Virus record (IMG/VR): IMGVR_UViG_3300020154_000003
Location: 124,001 to 188,000 of that record
Strand: one strand, 5' to 3'
DNA length: 64,000 bases
Shown here: positions 41,260 to 51,919 of the stretch, piece by piece
Layout of the letters: the number at the start of each line of letters is the position of its first letter
Numbering within the stretch: position 1 is the first letter of the stretch
Notes under the pieces: generated by a model
Told to the model about the DNA's origin: nothing
The model's database searches: none
What the model saw: only the letters and a program-made list of their open reading frames with translations
Position numbers and translations under genes: made by a program

Positions 41260-41898
41260 CTAATTATTATGACCCCATTCACCGTCCCAATTCGGATTGA
41301 TGTGGGAGTTCTTTTTATCTGCGATCATTCGGTCGATGAAAAGTTTCTGTCCGGGATTCAATCCCTTGATGTCAACGCGACCGTTTTTAAATGCTTTCAC
41401 TGAAATCTTTTGAACTAGTTCACCTTTCTCATCCAGAATGTGAATATCCTTCAGGTCGTTACCTGCTGCCCGGAATTCTTTTGCAATGTCAGCAGCGATG
41501 GTAAAATCCGGGTCTTGTTTCTTCAGGATCACAAAGCGAAGGAAACCAAACAGGTTTGTATCCGCATAGTGAATGTCTGAGATGGTATAATGGTCGCCAG
41601 ACTTTCTGAAGTAATAGTGCCAAAACAGGCTGTTATTGTTCGCATACGCGAGAAACAGATTTTTGTTTCCATCGTAATTTTTCTTCAGCCACTGGTCGAA
41701 CCTGTCAGCATTCCACTGAAAAGATTTCGTAAAATCGAACAGGGAGCGACCAAAGAACCTGCTTTCCCTCGGATAATATCCGATATACGTGCTCACTTTG
41801 TTTTCTGTGATTGCTTTCACAGTATCCATCAGGGCATCCTCATCCAATAGATCAAGATTATCGGAGATGTACTTGAGTCTTTTCTGAATTGTATCCAT
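41260..41898 (-). CDS. hypothetical protein
   Basis: 212-aa ORF with its own promoter; VKAFKNGRVDIK. Confidence 0.7.
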   Translation of the reverse strand: MDTIQKRLKYISDNLDLLDEDALMDTVKAITENKVSTYIGYYPRESRFFGRSLFDFTKSFQWNADRFDQWLKKNYDGNKNLFLAYANNNSLFWHYYFRKSGDHYTISDIHYADTNLFGFLRFVILKKQDPDFTIAADIAKEFRAAGNDLKDIHILDEKGELVQKISVKAFKNGRVDIKGLNPGQKLFIDRMIADKKNSHINPNWDGEWGHNN

Positions 41899-42632
41899 TT
41901 TCTTTAGTTGTTTGTTGTTACTACGTTTAACGGAAACAGTTTGAAAAGGTTACATTATTCTTCAGTTATTTGCCCCAAAAGTTCAACCAAGTCAGCAGCC
42001 GTGAATAAATTTCTTCCAGTACCTTCCAGATCATAGCTGGAATTGTATGCAAAATCATCTTCTTCAGCATCTTCAAAATCCATGTTCCCTTCATTTTCAG
42101 TTGCCAGTACCTCCACAATTCCCTTATCGCTTACCCATGCACCAACGATTGACACGTTCTCATCTTTCTCAGCAGCGAAGGGATTATCAATCAGGATTTT
42201 CCCTAATTGTTTTACCTGCTTTATAATAGCTTCGCGGGCCTGATCTTCAATCCCCTGAAGTTGTTCGAGTAATACTATTGATAGCTTATCCATCGGATTA
42301 AAGATTTTTGTCTGAAACAATTTTTTGTGCTTCTTTGAGACTCATTTTCGGTTGCTCATCTTCCCCTGAGAGGTTGAATGCTTCTTCTTCAGTCACAATT
42401 GCTTTTTGTACTGCCGTATCCTGAATGTGGTCAATGAGATTGATGATTCCTTCCAGCGTATCCCATTCAGGTTTGGTGATTGTCTTCTTTGCCTGAAGGT
42501 TAACCAGTACTGATTTTTGTGCTTTCAGTAGGGTGAAGTCCAGTTTCATTAGAACTTCGAATGCGGGTGCTGTTGCCATTTTCTTTTGTTGTTTGTTTTG
42601 TATGTATACTAACGGCTGCTATCCGCAAAAGG

Positions 42633-43331
42633 TTACGCATTCACAAAAGATTTTACGGATTTGTTGTATTGTTTGAATTCTAAATTAAACTTGTCGAATT
42701 CTTTAACGTTCAAACCTCCGAGACCATTTGTGAATAAGTCCACATCTTTCACATAGAAAGATTTGTGTTTGAAATACCACACAACAAAATCGTATGCTTC
42801 TTTCAAAGTAGGGAAACTCATTCCAGCGTACCCACCGATTCCCATTCTGCCAGCTTCGAAACTGAATTGTATGGTTCTGTTCGGGTTCTGCCAGACTTCA
42901 TAAAAGGTTTTTTCCTTTGGAAGTCTTTCCCTACTCCATACGGGTTCGAAAGTTCCCGTTATGGTGAGGTTGTATTTTTTAATTAAGATGCTCTTTCTGA
43001 ATTCAGGGTATTTCATCCCTACTTCACAACGTTGGTTGCCTTTCATGTATTGTTCTGCGAACTCAATTGCAATGCCCAACATAATCGTATCGTGCATACG
43101 CGACCAATTCCAGCTACTAGCCAATTCATTTTCGCATTGAGGCGTTTCAGGAATGCCGTGAACGGCAGCGTGAGCGTATTTGTGAGGGATGCCTGCGAAT
43201 TCCAAAATTTCAATTGCAGCTTCATTCGCTCCGGGAATTTCAATGTATCTTTCCCGGTTTTTGATGGTGGAGAAAGTGATGCCCAACTTTTTGCATACTT
43301 CGAGCACCTTGTTTGTTAATTCCGTTTTCAT
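42633..43331 (-). CDS. hypothetical protein
   Basis: 232-aa ORF with its own promoter. Confidence 0.7.
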   Translation of the reverse strand: MKTELTNKVLEVCKKLGITFSTIKNRERYIEIPGANEAAIEILEFAGIPHKYAHAAVHGIPETPQCENELASSWNWSRMHDTIMLGIAIEFAEQYMKGNQRCEVGMKYPEFRKSILIKKYNLTITGTFEPVWSRERLPKEKTFYEVWQNPNRTIQFSFEAGRMGIGGYAGMSFPTLKEAYDFVVWYFKHKSFYVKDVDLFTNGLGGLNVKEFDKFNLEFKQYNKSVKSFVNA

Positions 43332-46300
43332 CGCTTTGTTGTTTTGTTGTTGCTATGTTTAACGGCTGCTATCCGCAAAGGTTACATTATTTCCGACTAA
43401 ATTTGAAAAAGGATAAAAATAATCGAATTGAACCTCAACAAAATCGGAAGTGAATGCCATAAAGGCCATCAGTTTATTTTTGTAATACACTGAAATTACC
43501 CAACCATTTGTCGAGCGAATTTCAGAACTTACCCTAGGATCAATGTTTTTCACATTCTGAATATCCAGCGTGTAAACACTATGTTTCACCTTTCCTTCGG
43601 TGAGTTTTACGTTACCTCTTTTGAGAGACTGGAAAATCTTTTCGACACGTTTGGGAGTAGTCATTTTGTGTGTTTGTTGTGTTGTACGTATATTAACGAA
43701 AAAACCCTGCAAAGGTTGCAAGGTTTTCGTTTTTTTCTTTTCACCTTTTAGCTTATCGCATGGTGAGTCACATTGCCATCGGGAGTCATAAGGGCATAGT
43801 CAATTTTGATTTGATTCCTACCCTTTGCCGTTTGTGGCCAAATTTCAGCACTTACTACCGAGTTCCCTTTTTCTTTCTGGTACTGGTTCTCTGCTGCGAT
43901 AATTCCTTTCACTTCTTTGAAAGTCATTGCACCGTAACAGGTCTGAGTGCTCAACACTTTTCCACCGTTGGAGAGGTTGATGTTTACTGCGAAGTTACAA
44001 GTTACTGAGCGTCCCATATCGTTTTGTTTTGTTGTTAATTAGTTAAACGTGAACAAAACGAAAAGGTTACGATAATCCGTGAATAAAATTGAATAATTCT
44101 TCCACCTGCAATTCCAAAATTATTTGTAAGGATAGTTCTGAGTCCTCATTCACGAAATCGCCTTGCCTATCTGTAATTGCATAGAAAGGATTATTTATAT
44201 CCTTAATTACACTTCCAAGTAGTACGTGCTTTTCGTATGGAATGTATTTTGTGCTGGCATAGAACTTTGTGACCAGTACTGGCAGATGTGCTGCTACCCG
44301 CTTTTTCCAGTCCTTAAACTTTTCGCGGGCATATCGCTTATATCTTGCGGTTGCCATTACCAGAAAAGTGATTTTGGCAGCTTTGCTTTTTCTCTAATCC
44401 AGTCCATTACTTGTTCAGAATAGTAATGCGTAGTCAACTCATTCAGAAATTGCGTGAGTGTTCTTTGCAGTTGTGGGTCACCGATAGCCACAGTTTCGCG
44501 TGTGAATTCTTTTGCGTTTGACTGGTTGGAAGACTTTCCATAGCCTGTTGAAGTATCCCAATCTTTACCGATAACGGTGATGGTCTTCTTTGTAATTTCA
44601 ACGGTGATAACACCACCTTTGCAGTACTCACCGATTTTGAATGTTTTCGTTGCCATTTAGTTTGTTGTTTGTGTTATACTATCTTTTAACGGCTGCTATG
44701 TGAAAAGGTTACATTCTTTTCAATTTATTTAGCAAACGCATATGTTCATCGATGTATCCTTTCTTTTTCCATTTGATAGGATCGTAACAGAATTGAGGAT
44801 CGAATACCCTTCCCGATTCCCGCTCGAATTCGTTAATTAAGGATAGCAGGCGTTTGACCGTTGGATTGCTTTTTGGAATTTCTTCACCCGTTTTGAGACT
44901 GACAAATTCAACTCCATAGCAGTTAACTACCCATTGGTACTTATCACATACTCGAACTATTTCACCAAGTATTGTATCTTCGATGTGAGTAGCAAGTTTG
45001 TGAAGTTTGTCGTATTCTTTTCGTAGCGTTCTCATAATGTTAATTAACGAACCAGTACTGGAAAGGTTACACTATATAACAAAAAAAAGGGAGAAACTTT
45101 CCCCCTTTAAACTAACCTGTATTTGTAGACAAGTTCTTTCGTGCTTTCCTTTTGCAGGGCTTCTGCGATAGCTTTGCAATAGTCCCGGAAAAACATTTGT
45201 CCACTGCTGAGTCTTTTCTTTTTACTCTTTCGGGCAATTTCATTTACCAAGGCATTGATTTGATGCGTTGGAAGATTCTGAATGTTTTCGACCAAATTTT
45301 CCATAGCTTTATGATTTGTTTTCGTTTCTTTTATTTTTTACGAATTCAGCCCAATACTTGTCTCTGGCCACATGTTCTTTGATGTCCTTACCAGTCATCC
45401 GGTGTGCCAAGGGTGCATCCCATGCGTCACCTATCGGAAGGTGAATAAGTTTCACAGGTTTGGTACTGAAAACTACGTAGGCTGCTTTTCCATCAGCGTG
45501 AGGGATGTAGATCGTTTCCCCTGCGAGTTCATCTTTGCTGTTTTTCTTTGCCCATTCGCGAATGCTATTCACGTAAGCCTCTTCTGCTTCTCTTGATGCT
45601 TTCAAGTTGCGAAAGTCGAATTTCGGTAGTTCGAATTCTTTTGGAGCGTTATAAACTTTTCCCATTGTTTTGTTAGTTTGTTTTGTGTTACTACATTTAA
45701 CGGGAAAGATTTGGTAAGGTTACGTAAAATGTAAATTATTTTCTTTTTTGTATTTCTCCCATTCCGCTATGACTCTATGTTCAGACTCAAACGGATAGCG
45801 GGCGCAAAGTGTGCTCATGAGGTCGCTGGCAAAATAGGCAGCGTTATAGTTTTGCTGAACAGTATACTTTTGGCGTTCATTGTGAATTAACCATTTGGCG
45901 AATTCCAGTAGTTCATTTTTCTTTTCCATCTACGTTAAATGTTTTTCTTGCAACGTTAATTAACTGTTCATCCGTCAATCGTTCTAACCTATGGAATTCA
46001 TTCGAGGTTGCTAAACTTGCATGGATACCACAGGAACATCTTACAAAAAATGCAAGTCCTTTAAGATCATTTCTTACCTGTTCAGGCTTTCTTGTACCAT
46101 AGGCAAGCGATTCCAATTGTATCATGAAGAACCTTTTGATATGACCCTCAATTAACTCCGAAGGAATTTTTTGGTCGTCAGCAATTGGCCTGCCCGGACA
46201 AGATGTATCGTATATTGGATACATTATTCTTTATCTTTGATTGATACCTCAGTTCTTTTATTCCATGTTCTGGAATATCTGAAACCTTTTGCAGATTCCA

Positions 46301-47178
46301 CAACCAGATCAACTTTCCCGGAAGGAGTGCTGATACCTGCTGAGGGAGCGACAACCACTTTCACATTTGTGGGAGTAAGGATGTCACCTACACTTAAATC
46401 TTTTACCAGTTTTTTCACGGCTCAATTGTTTTCTGATTTCTGAAAATAAACAAACTCTTTTATTTCATCCTCGAAGTCACGTTTCACGTCATGAAAGTTA
46501 GGATATTTGCAAGCATAGTATGCTTGAACTTCCTTTTGCTTTTCCTCGGATGAGGCACGATACCATTCCTTTGCATCACTCCAAGATATTGTTTCTGTTT
46601 CCATACCCATATAAACGAAAAAAAGTACTGTAGGGTTACAGTACTTTTCACATTTTTCAAACTTTTTTTAATCTTCGACTGTTACGTCATCCAGTTTCAG
46701 GAAGTCATAGGCATCGGAACCACGTTGGTGTGCTGCTTTTTCTGACCTTTCCTCTAAGCCTTGTATTTGAGCAATTATCCTTGGATACCCGAAACGAGGT
46801 ACGGTAATGTGACCGAACGCTCTACCTTCATCCACAAAGGCATCCGCATAGATGATTCCCTTTTCAGAACCGATCATATAATACTTGATATTCGGGCTGC
46901 TGAAATGGAGTTTCAGTTTTACCGTTTTGCCATTGACAATGCCTGACACTGAAAGATCATCATGGTCAATCAGTACCCGTATATCAATGCCAGTTGCAAT
47001 TGTTGCCAGTACTGACAGAATGAGGGCGATGTCATGCTTTTGATGTGATTGAACAATTTCCATAGTTTTTTGTTGTTTGGTGATATGAGTATAAACGGCA
47101 CTATTCACAAAAGGTTGCCAGAAATTTAAAATATATTTTCTTGAATATTGTAACCTTTTCAAACGGCATCCGTTAATA

Positions 47179-47260
47179 TACATACGAACGCTAACAAAGC
47201 AAGTAGGAGAGGGGAAACCAACCAAATTAGAGGACGGTTATTGCAGGGGTCTGTCTGTTT
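47179..47260 (+). ncRNA. candidate small RNA copy 2
   Basis: Promoter at 47150-47176; ATACGAA..AGTAGGAGAG..ACGGTTATTGCAGGGGTCTGTC. Confidence 0.55.
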
Positions 47261-47284
47261 ACTATTGATGGCAAATATAGGAGG

Positions 47285-47845
47285 TTACAATTCGAACTCC
47301 AAAGTTTCTCCGTTCATTCTGATTTCAACCAACTTGTCAACGCAAAACTGTCTGAACGTATTGGTTTTCAAATTTTTGCGAATGATGTTTTTCGCGATTG
47401 TCAAAGGTGCGCTATTCACTTCCCGGTATCTTACAGGAACCAGCACTTCTTTTGAGATACGATTTCCGTAAACGTAAACTCTGCCAGTTTCATTGTGAAC
47501 GCGAACATTCGGGAAAACTTGGGTATACGTACCCTGCTGCGCCCGCGACTGATTTGATTCATTCTCAATGGCATACAAAAGGGCTATCCGGGCTTGCTCC
47601 GCATATTGAGCCACAGAACCAAATTCGAGACCAGCAATATTGCTAGGGTCGCTAAGGAATTTTCTGTCAGCTTCTTTTGCGTTTGCATAGGAGGCACCAA
47701 CGTTTACCACGTAGTTTGAAATTTCACCCTGATTGTTGCAGTAGTTTTTTACCGATACAAAGGTAGGGGTTTTTTGACCTGCCAAATTCGCATACAATTT
47801 GAGTTGAGCGATAACTTCGGAAGGTGATAAGAGGACAAGTATCAT
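47285..47845 (-). CDS. conserved phage hypothetical protein
   Basis: FVSVKNY.N..GE.SNYVVNVG.SY...Y..VNS.PLTIAK. Confidence 0.7.
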   Translation of the reverse strand: MILVLLSPSEVIAQLKLYANLAGQKTPTFVSVKNYCNNQGEISNYVVNVGASYANAKEADRKFLSDPSNIAGLEFGSVAQYAEQARIALLYAIENESNQSRAQQGTYTQVFPNVRVHNETGRVYVYGNRISKEVLVPVRYREVNSAPLTIAKNIIRKNLKTNTFRQFCVDKLVEIRMNGETLEFEL

Positions 47846-48282
47846 GGTTCGTTTTGTGTTTGGTTATATGTATTATACGGCTGCTTCAATAAAAGGTTGC
47901 GATAATATAGGGTTATTTTTCAATTAATCCATATATCCATGCTCAATTGAAAAGTCACTTTCCTTTGCACCCTCATTCTCAATTAAGTGTGCCTTAACGC
48001 GATCAAAGTAGGCGTAGTTAGTCATATTACCCTGAACAATTCCCTCAGTAATTGTCCTTCCATTTTGTCTTAAGCGCATACCGATGCAGCAAGTTCCTTG
48101 GTCACCCATTTCAGATATGACCTCCTTTGCGATTTGTTTCAGTGTTATTGCGTCCATGTTTTTTTGTGTTTGTTAATATAGAGTTAAACGGCCATGCCCG
48201 CAAAAGGTTGCGTAATTAAGGATAAAAAAAGTTAAATTATTTTCACAAATAATGTAACCTTTGTGAATAGTTCCCGTTAATA

Positions 48283-48356
48283 TACATACGAATCAAGTAG
48301 GAGAGCCGAAAAAAAGGAAATTAGAAAACGGTTATTGCAGGGGTCTGTCTTGTTTA
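48283..48356 (+). ncRNA. candidate small RNA copy 3
   Basis: Promoter at 48254-48280; same conserved blocks as copies 1 and 2. Confidence 0.55.
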
Positions 48357-48474
48357 ACTTATGCCAGTACTGGAAAAAATATTTAAACTATTTTCGTGAA
48401 AAACGTAACCTTTGTACAAAAGTCAACGTATAAAGAGCATACGCAAACAACAAACAAAACAAACTTTACTAGCT

Positions 48475-49278
48475 ATGCGACACGACTTTAATTTTTCCTA
48501 CATTGGCGGTGTTAACCTGACTGCGAAAATTGCACACGGTAAAGAGTACGGTATTGATACTTATACTCTATATTTTGCTCCTTATAAATTGAGCGGGCAA
48601 AACGTGTGCGCAAAGGCAACAAAGGAATGTATAATGGGTTGCCTTAACACGTCCGGGCGGGTTAAAATGGACAAAAAGAACATTATTGTCAATGCCCGCA
48701 CACAAAGGACTATTGCCTTTTACGAACAAAGGGAAAAATTTATGACTTTAATGATTCATGAAATTTCCCTTGCAAAAAAGCGTTCGGAAAAAAAGGGGAC
48801 TATCTTTGCAGTCCGTTTAAACGGTACTTCCGACCTGTCCCCGGAAATTTTCAAAGCGTTCGGGCAAAATATTCTCGAATTGTTCCCGGATGTTCAGTTT
48901 TACGATTACACAAAGGTACTGAACCGCAAAAAGTTGGTTGAAAAATACCCAAATTACGACCTGACTTTTTCTTATACGGGCTACAATTGGTCTGAATGCC
49001 AGCAAGCGTTATCGGACAATGTTCGGGTCGCTGTAGTGTTTGACGTGAAAAGAGGTAAAGCCCTGCCTAAAACTTTCAACGGGTACAAAGTTATTGACGG
49101 TGATTTGAATGATTACCGTCCAATGGATGAAAAGAATGTGATTGTAGGCTTACGGTGGAAAGATATTGCAAACCGTGAAAATAATACCGCGATCAAAAAT
49201 AGTCCCTTCGTGGTAAAGGTAACGACTGAAAATGTCGTTACCACTTCGGACAATGTACATGAAACACAAACAGTTTAA
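48475..49278 (+). CDS. GP88-family phage protein
   Basis: NVC..AT..C...CL..SGR, VRLNGTSD, QFYDYTK, NYDLTFS, IDGD..D.R. Confidence 0.7.
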   Translation: MRHDFNFSYIGGVNLTAKIAHGKEYGIDTYTLYFAPYKLSGQNVCAKATKECIMGCLNTSGRVKMDKKNIIVNARTQRTIAFYEQREKFMTLMIHEISLAKKRSEKKGTIFAVRLNGTSDLSPEIFKAFGQNILELFPDVQFYDYTKVLNRKKLVEKYPNYDLTFSYTGYNWSECQQALSDNVRVAVVFDVKRGKALPKTFNGYKVIDGDLNDYRPMDEKNVIVGLRWKDIANRENNTAIKNSPFVVKVTTENVVTTSDNVHETQTV

Positions 49279-50601
49279 ATAGTACTGGCATGAAAACTAC
49301 AAACCTACTCAGAAAATACAATAGGCTTGAGGACAATAACGATCACAATGAAGCTGCTGCCTTGCTGGTTAATAACTTTGGTACGGATGACGAAAAGCAA
49401 ACCATGAAGGAAATTATTGCCCGTGCTGAAAAACAAAACGGCATGACCAGTGAGGATATAAAATTGAGGTATGAAATATCTCAAAAGTACTATCCGATAA
49501 TCACAGGCAAAGCCTATCCAATACAAAAGAAGTAACCCGGACAATGTTCACCCTTAATTAATAAAGCTATGGACACTCAAAAAATTGATAACCTTATCCA
49601 TCAATTGGATAGTATTGCACGAAGTTACGATGGCTATGAGTATGGCCTGCCTACTCATCATGACCATACGATGATTGAAATGGAGAATGCTATTAAACAT
49701 GCTTTCCCGGACAATGTACAGACCAGTACTGACAAGTCAGAAAAGATGCGGGCGGTATTGGAAAAATTGGTAGCTTCGTTCCCGGAAATGGATACCGATG
49801 AACCAATAGCTGGCAGCGATGCCGTTGACATCCTTTGCGGGATGTGGGATGAAATTAAAGACGCTATAAAATAACCTCCTATGAAAAATCCGATTATCAT
49901 AATTAAGGTTGGTAAAACTGTAATTGGAGATACTAGGGATTCACGTACAACTAATGATGCTAAGAGAAAATTTCTCAAGCAATACTCAGGGTACAATCCT
50001 AAATCAGTTACTGCGACTATTAAATATAACTAATATGGCAAAGAAAAATAAAATTGTCATCACTGACAATAAGGAAATGATAGCAGAGTTCATGAACTTA
50101 ATTAACAAACCCATCTACGAAAAGAAGTCCCCGATGTTCTTTAAGGATGAGGGAGGTTATTACGTAACCAAACTGACTGCCAGTAATGAGCCTGCTGACC
50201 CTAACAAAATGTATGAATTCGGTACGCTCACAGAGGTGCCAGTACCAAATAAAAGGACTGCCATCCAATACGCAAAACAATTCGGTCGCACTGCAATATT
50301 TGGTTAGAATAATGTAACCTTTACGTACAATGTACGTTAGATAACATATGAACAAACGCATCTTAGAATTCGCAAAGCTTCCCTTGGAGGAAAGAATCAA
50401 AGTGATCATGCTCTTCGGAGTATCCCTGATGACTATCCCTCATTGTGGCCTGATTGGTTCACTCTTTACCCTTGGCACTGAGTACGTTGAAATGATGGCT
50501 GATACCCGTACTGGTGAGATAGTTCACCTTGGCATCGCGGATTACAGCGACCTGAATAAGTACGCTGCTCACATCGACCTCGATATTTAATAAACTGTAC
50601 A

Positions 50602-51267
50602 ATGTACGTCAAGTATAACGATTTCAAAGATCATTGTGGATTACTGCCTGACTGGTACTCTGAAGAGATACATGATCAAATAAACAAATACCTGCCTGAA
50701 AGTAAGCTGCAGGCCGTTAAGTATCTGAAGGACACCTCCAAAGAATTCGAGACTGAAACCACGCATGGCTTAGGGCTGAAGGAATGTAAAGACATCGTTG
50801 ACTCGATGGCCACAGTACTGGCAAAGCTTGAGTCTATTCGAGAGGCATATGATCATGAACTTTCTTCATTTATTGAGCATTCATTAATTAAGAATACCAA
50901 TACCGCCCTGTCTCTAAAAGAATTCAAACAAAAAGCAAAAATCATTCTCCCAAACTGGTATACTGAATCTTTCCATCAAAAGGTCGTTAACCTGATGGTC
51001 AATGAACAGAAACTCAATGCCTGCAAATTGATCTGCGATACCTCATCCAGCTATGGAACCCGCCACATCTATGATCTGAAGTGGGCAAAGATTGAAATCG
51101 TTGACGTACTCAACGATATGATGAGCAAAATCAATAAAGATGAACTGTCTGGCAAAATTATATCCTTAATTGAGGATGGAGCCTTCCGCACCAGTATTTT
51201 AAAAGAAGTACTGGAATTCGTCCCAAAAGCGGAAATGCTTAAAATAGTTGAAAAATATTCACCATAA
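50602..51267 (+). CDS. protein with two ribosomal L7/L12 C-terminal-like repeats
   Basis: KLQAVKYLKD...GLGLKECKDIVD and KLNACKLICD...DLKWAK; each unit preceded by LPxWYxExxH. Confidence 0.55.
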   Translation: MYVKYNDFKDHCGLLPDWYSEEIHDQINKYLPESKLQAVKYLKDTSKEFETETTHGLGLKECKDIVDSMATVLAKLESIREAYDHELSSFIEHSLIKNTNTALSLKEFKQKAKIILPNWYTESFHQKVVNLMVNEQKLNACKLICDTSSSYGTRHIYDLKWAKIEIVDVLNDMMSKINKDELSGKIISLIEDGAFRTSILKEVLEFVPKAEMLKIVEKYSP

Positions 51268-51355
51268 TTCGAAACAATTTTCTTAACTTTCGCAACCTTT
51301 ACGTACAATGTACGTTAGTATACATAAAAGAAAATAACTTTAACTAACCACTCTT

Positions 51356-51919
51356 ATGAAATCCAGCAAAGTTGTCATCCTTGAGATCAATGCAATTTAC
51401 AAAGCTTTCAAGCCTGCGATCACGAAGTACGTGAATCTCAAGATCAGGGATAAGATGATTGCTGAAGAACTCATCAATGACGTGTTCGTTAAAGTTCACA
51501 CATCTCTCCGCACCTACGATTCGAAGAAAGCACAATTTAATACTTGGATATTCAACATCGCCAAGAATGTGCTGATCGACCACTTCAGAAAGAAGTCGCT
51601 CGAAACCACCTCTCTGGAAGTTTCCAAACAGGATGACTCTGAAGACACAATGTCTGAGACTCTGCCCGTGGCTACCCCGGATCGGAACCCCCTTGAATCC
51701 ATGATCAGCGATGAAACAATGTACAATGTACAAACCGCTATGGGCCACCTCAATGAGACTCAACGTGAAATGCTCACAATGTACGCTCTGGATAACCTGA
51801 CCTACGAAGAGATCGCAGCCATGCTCAACATGCCTATGGGTACTGTCAAAGGCACGATCTTTAACGCTCGTACCAGACTGAAAGAAATCCTTGGCAACCG
51901 TATACCAGTACTGGCATGA
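51356..51919 (+). CDS. ECF-type RNA polymerase sigma factor
   Basis: Region 2 AEELINDVFVKV...FNTWIFNIAKNVLIDHFRK; region 4 LTYEEIAAMLNMPMGTVKGTIFNARTRLK. Confidence 0.93.
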   Translation: MKSSKVVILEINAIYKAFKPAITKYVNLKIRDKMIAEELINDVFVKVHTSLRTYDSKKAQFNTWIFNIAKNVLIDHFRKKSLETTSLEVSKQDDSEDTMSETLPVATPDRNPLESMISDETMYNVQTAMGHLNETQREMLTMYALDNLTYEEIAAMLNMPMGTVKGTIFNARTRLKEILGNRIPVLA

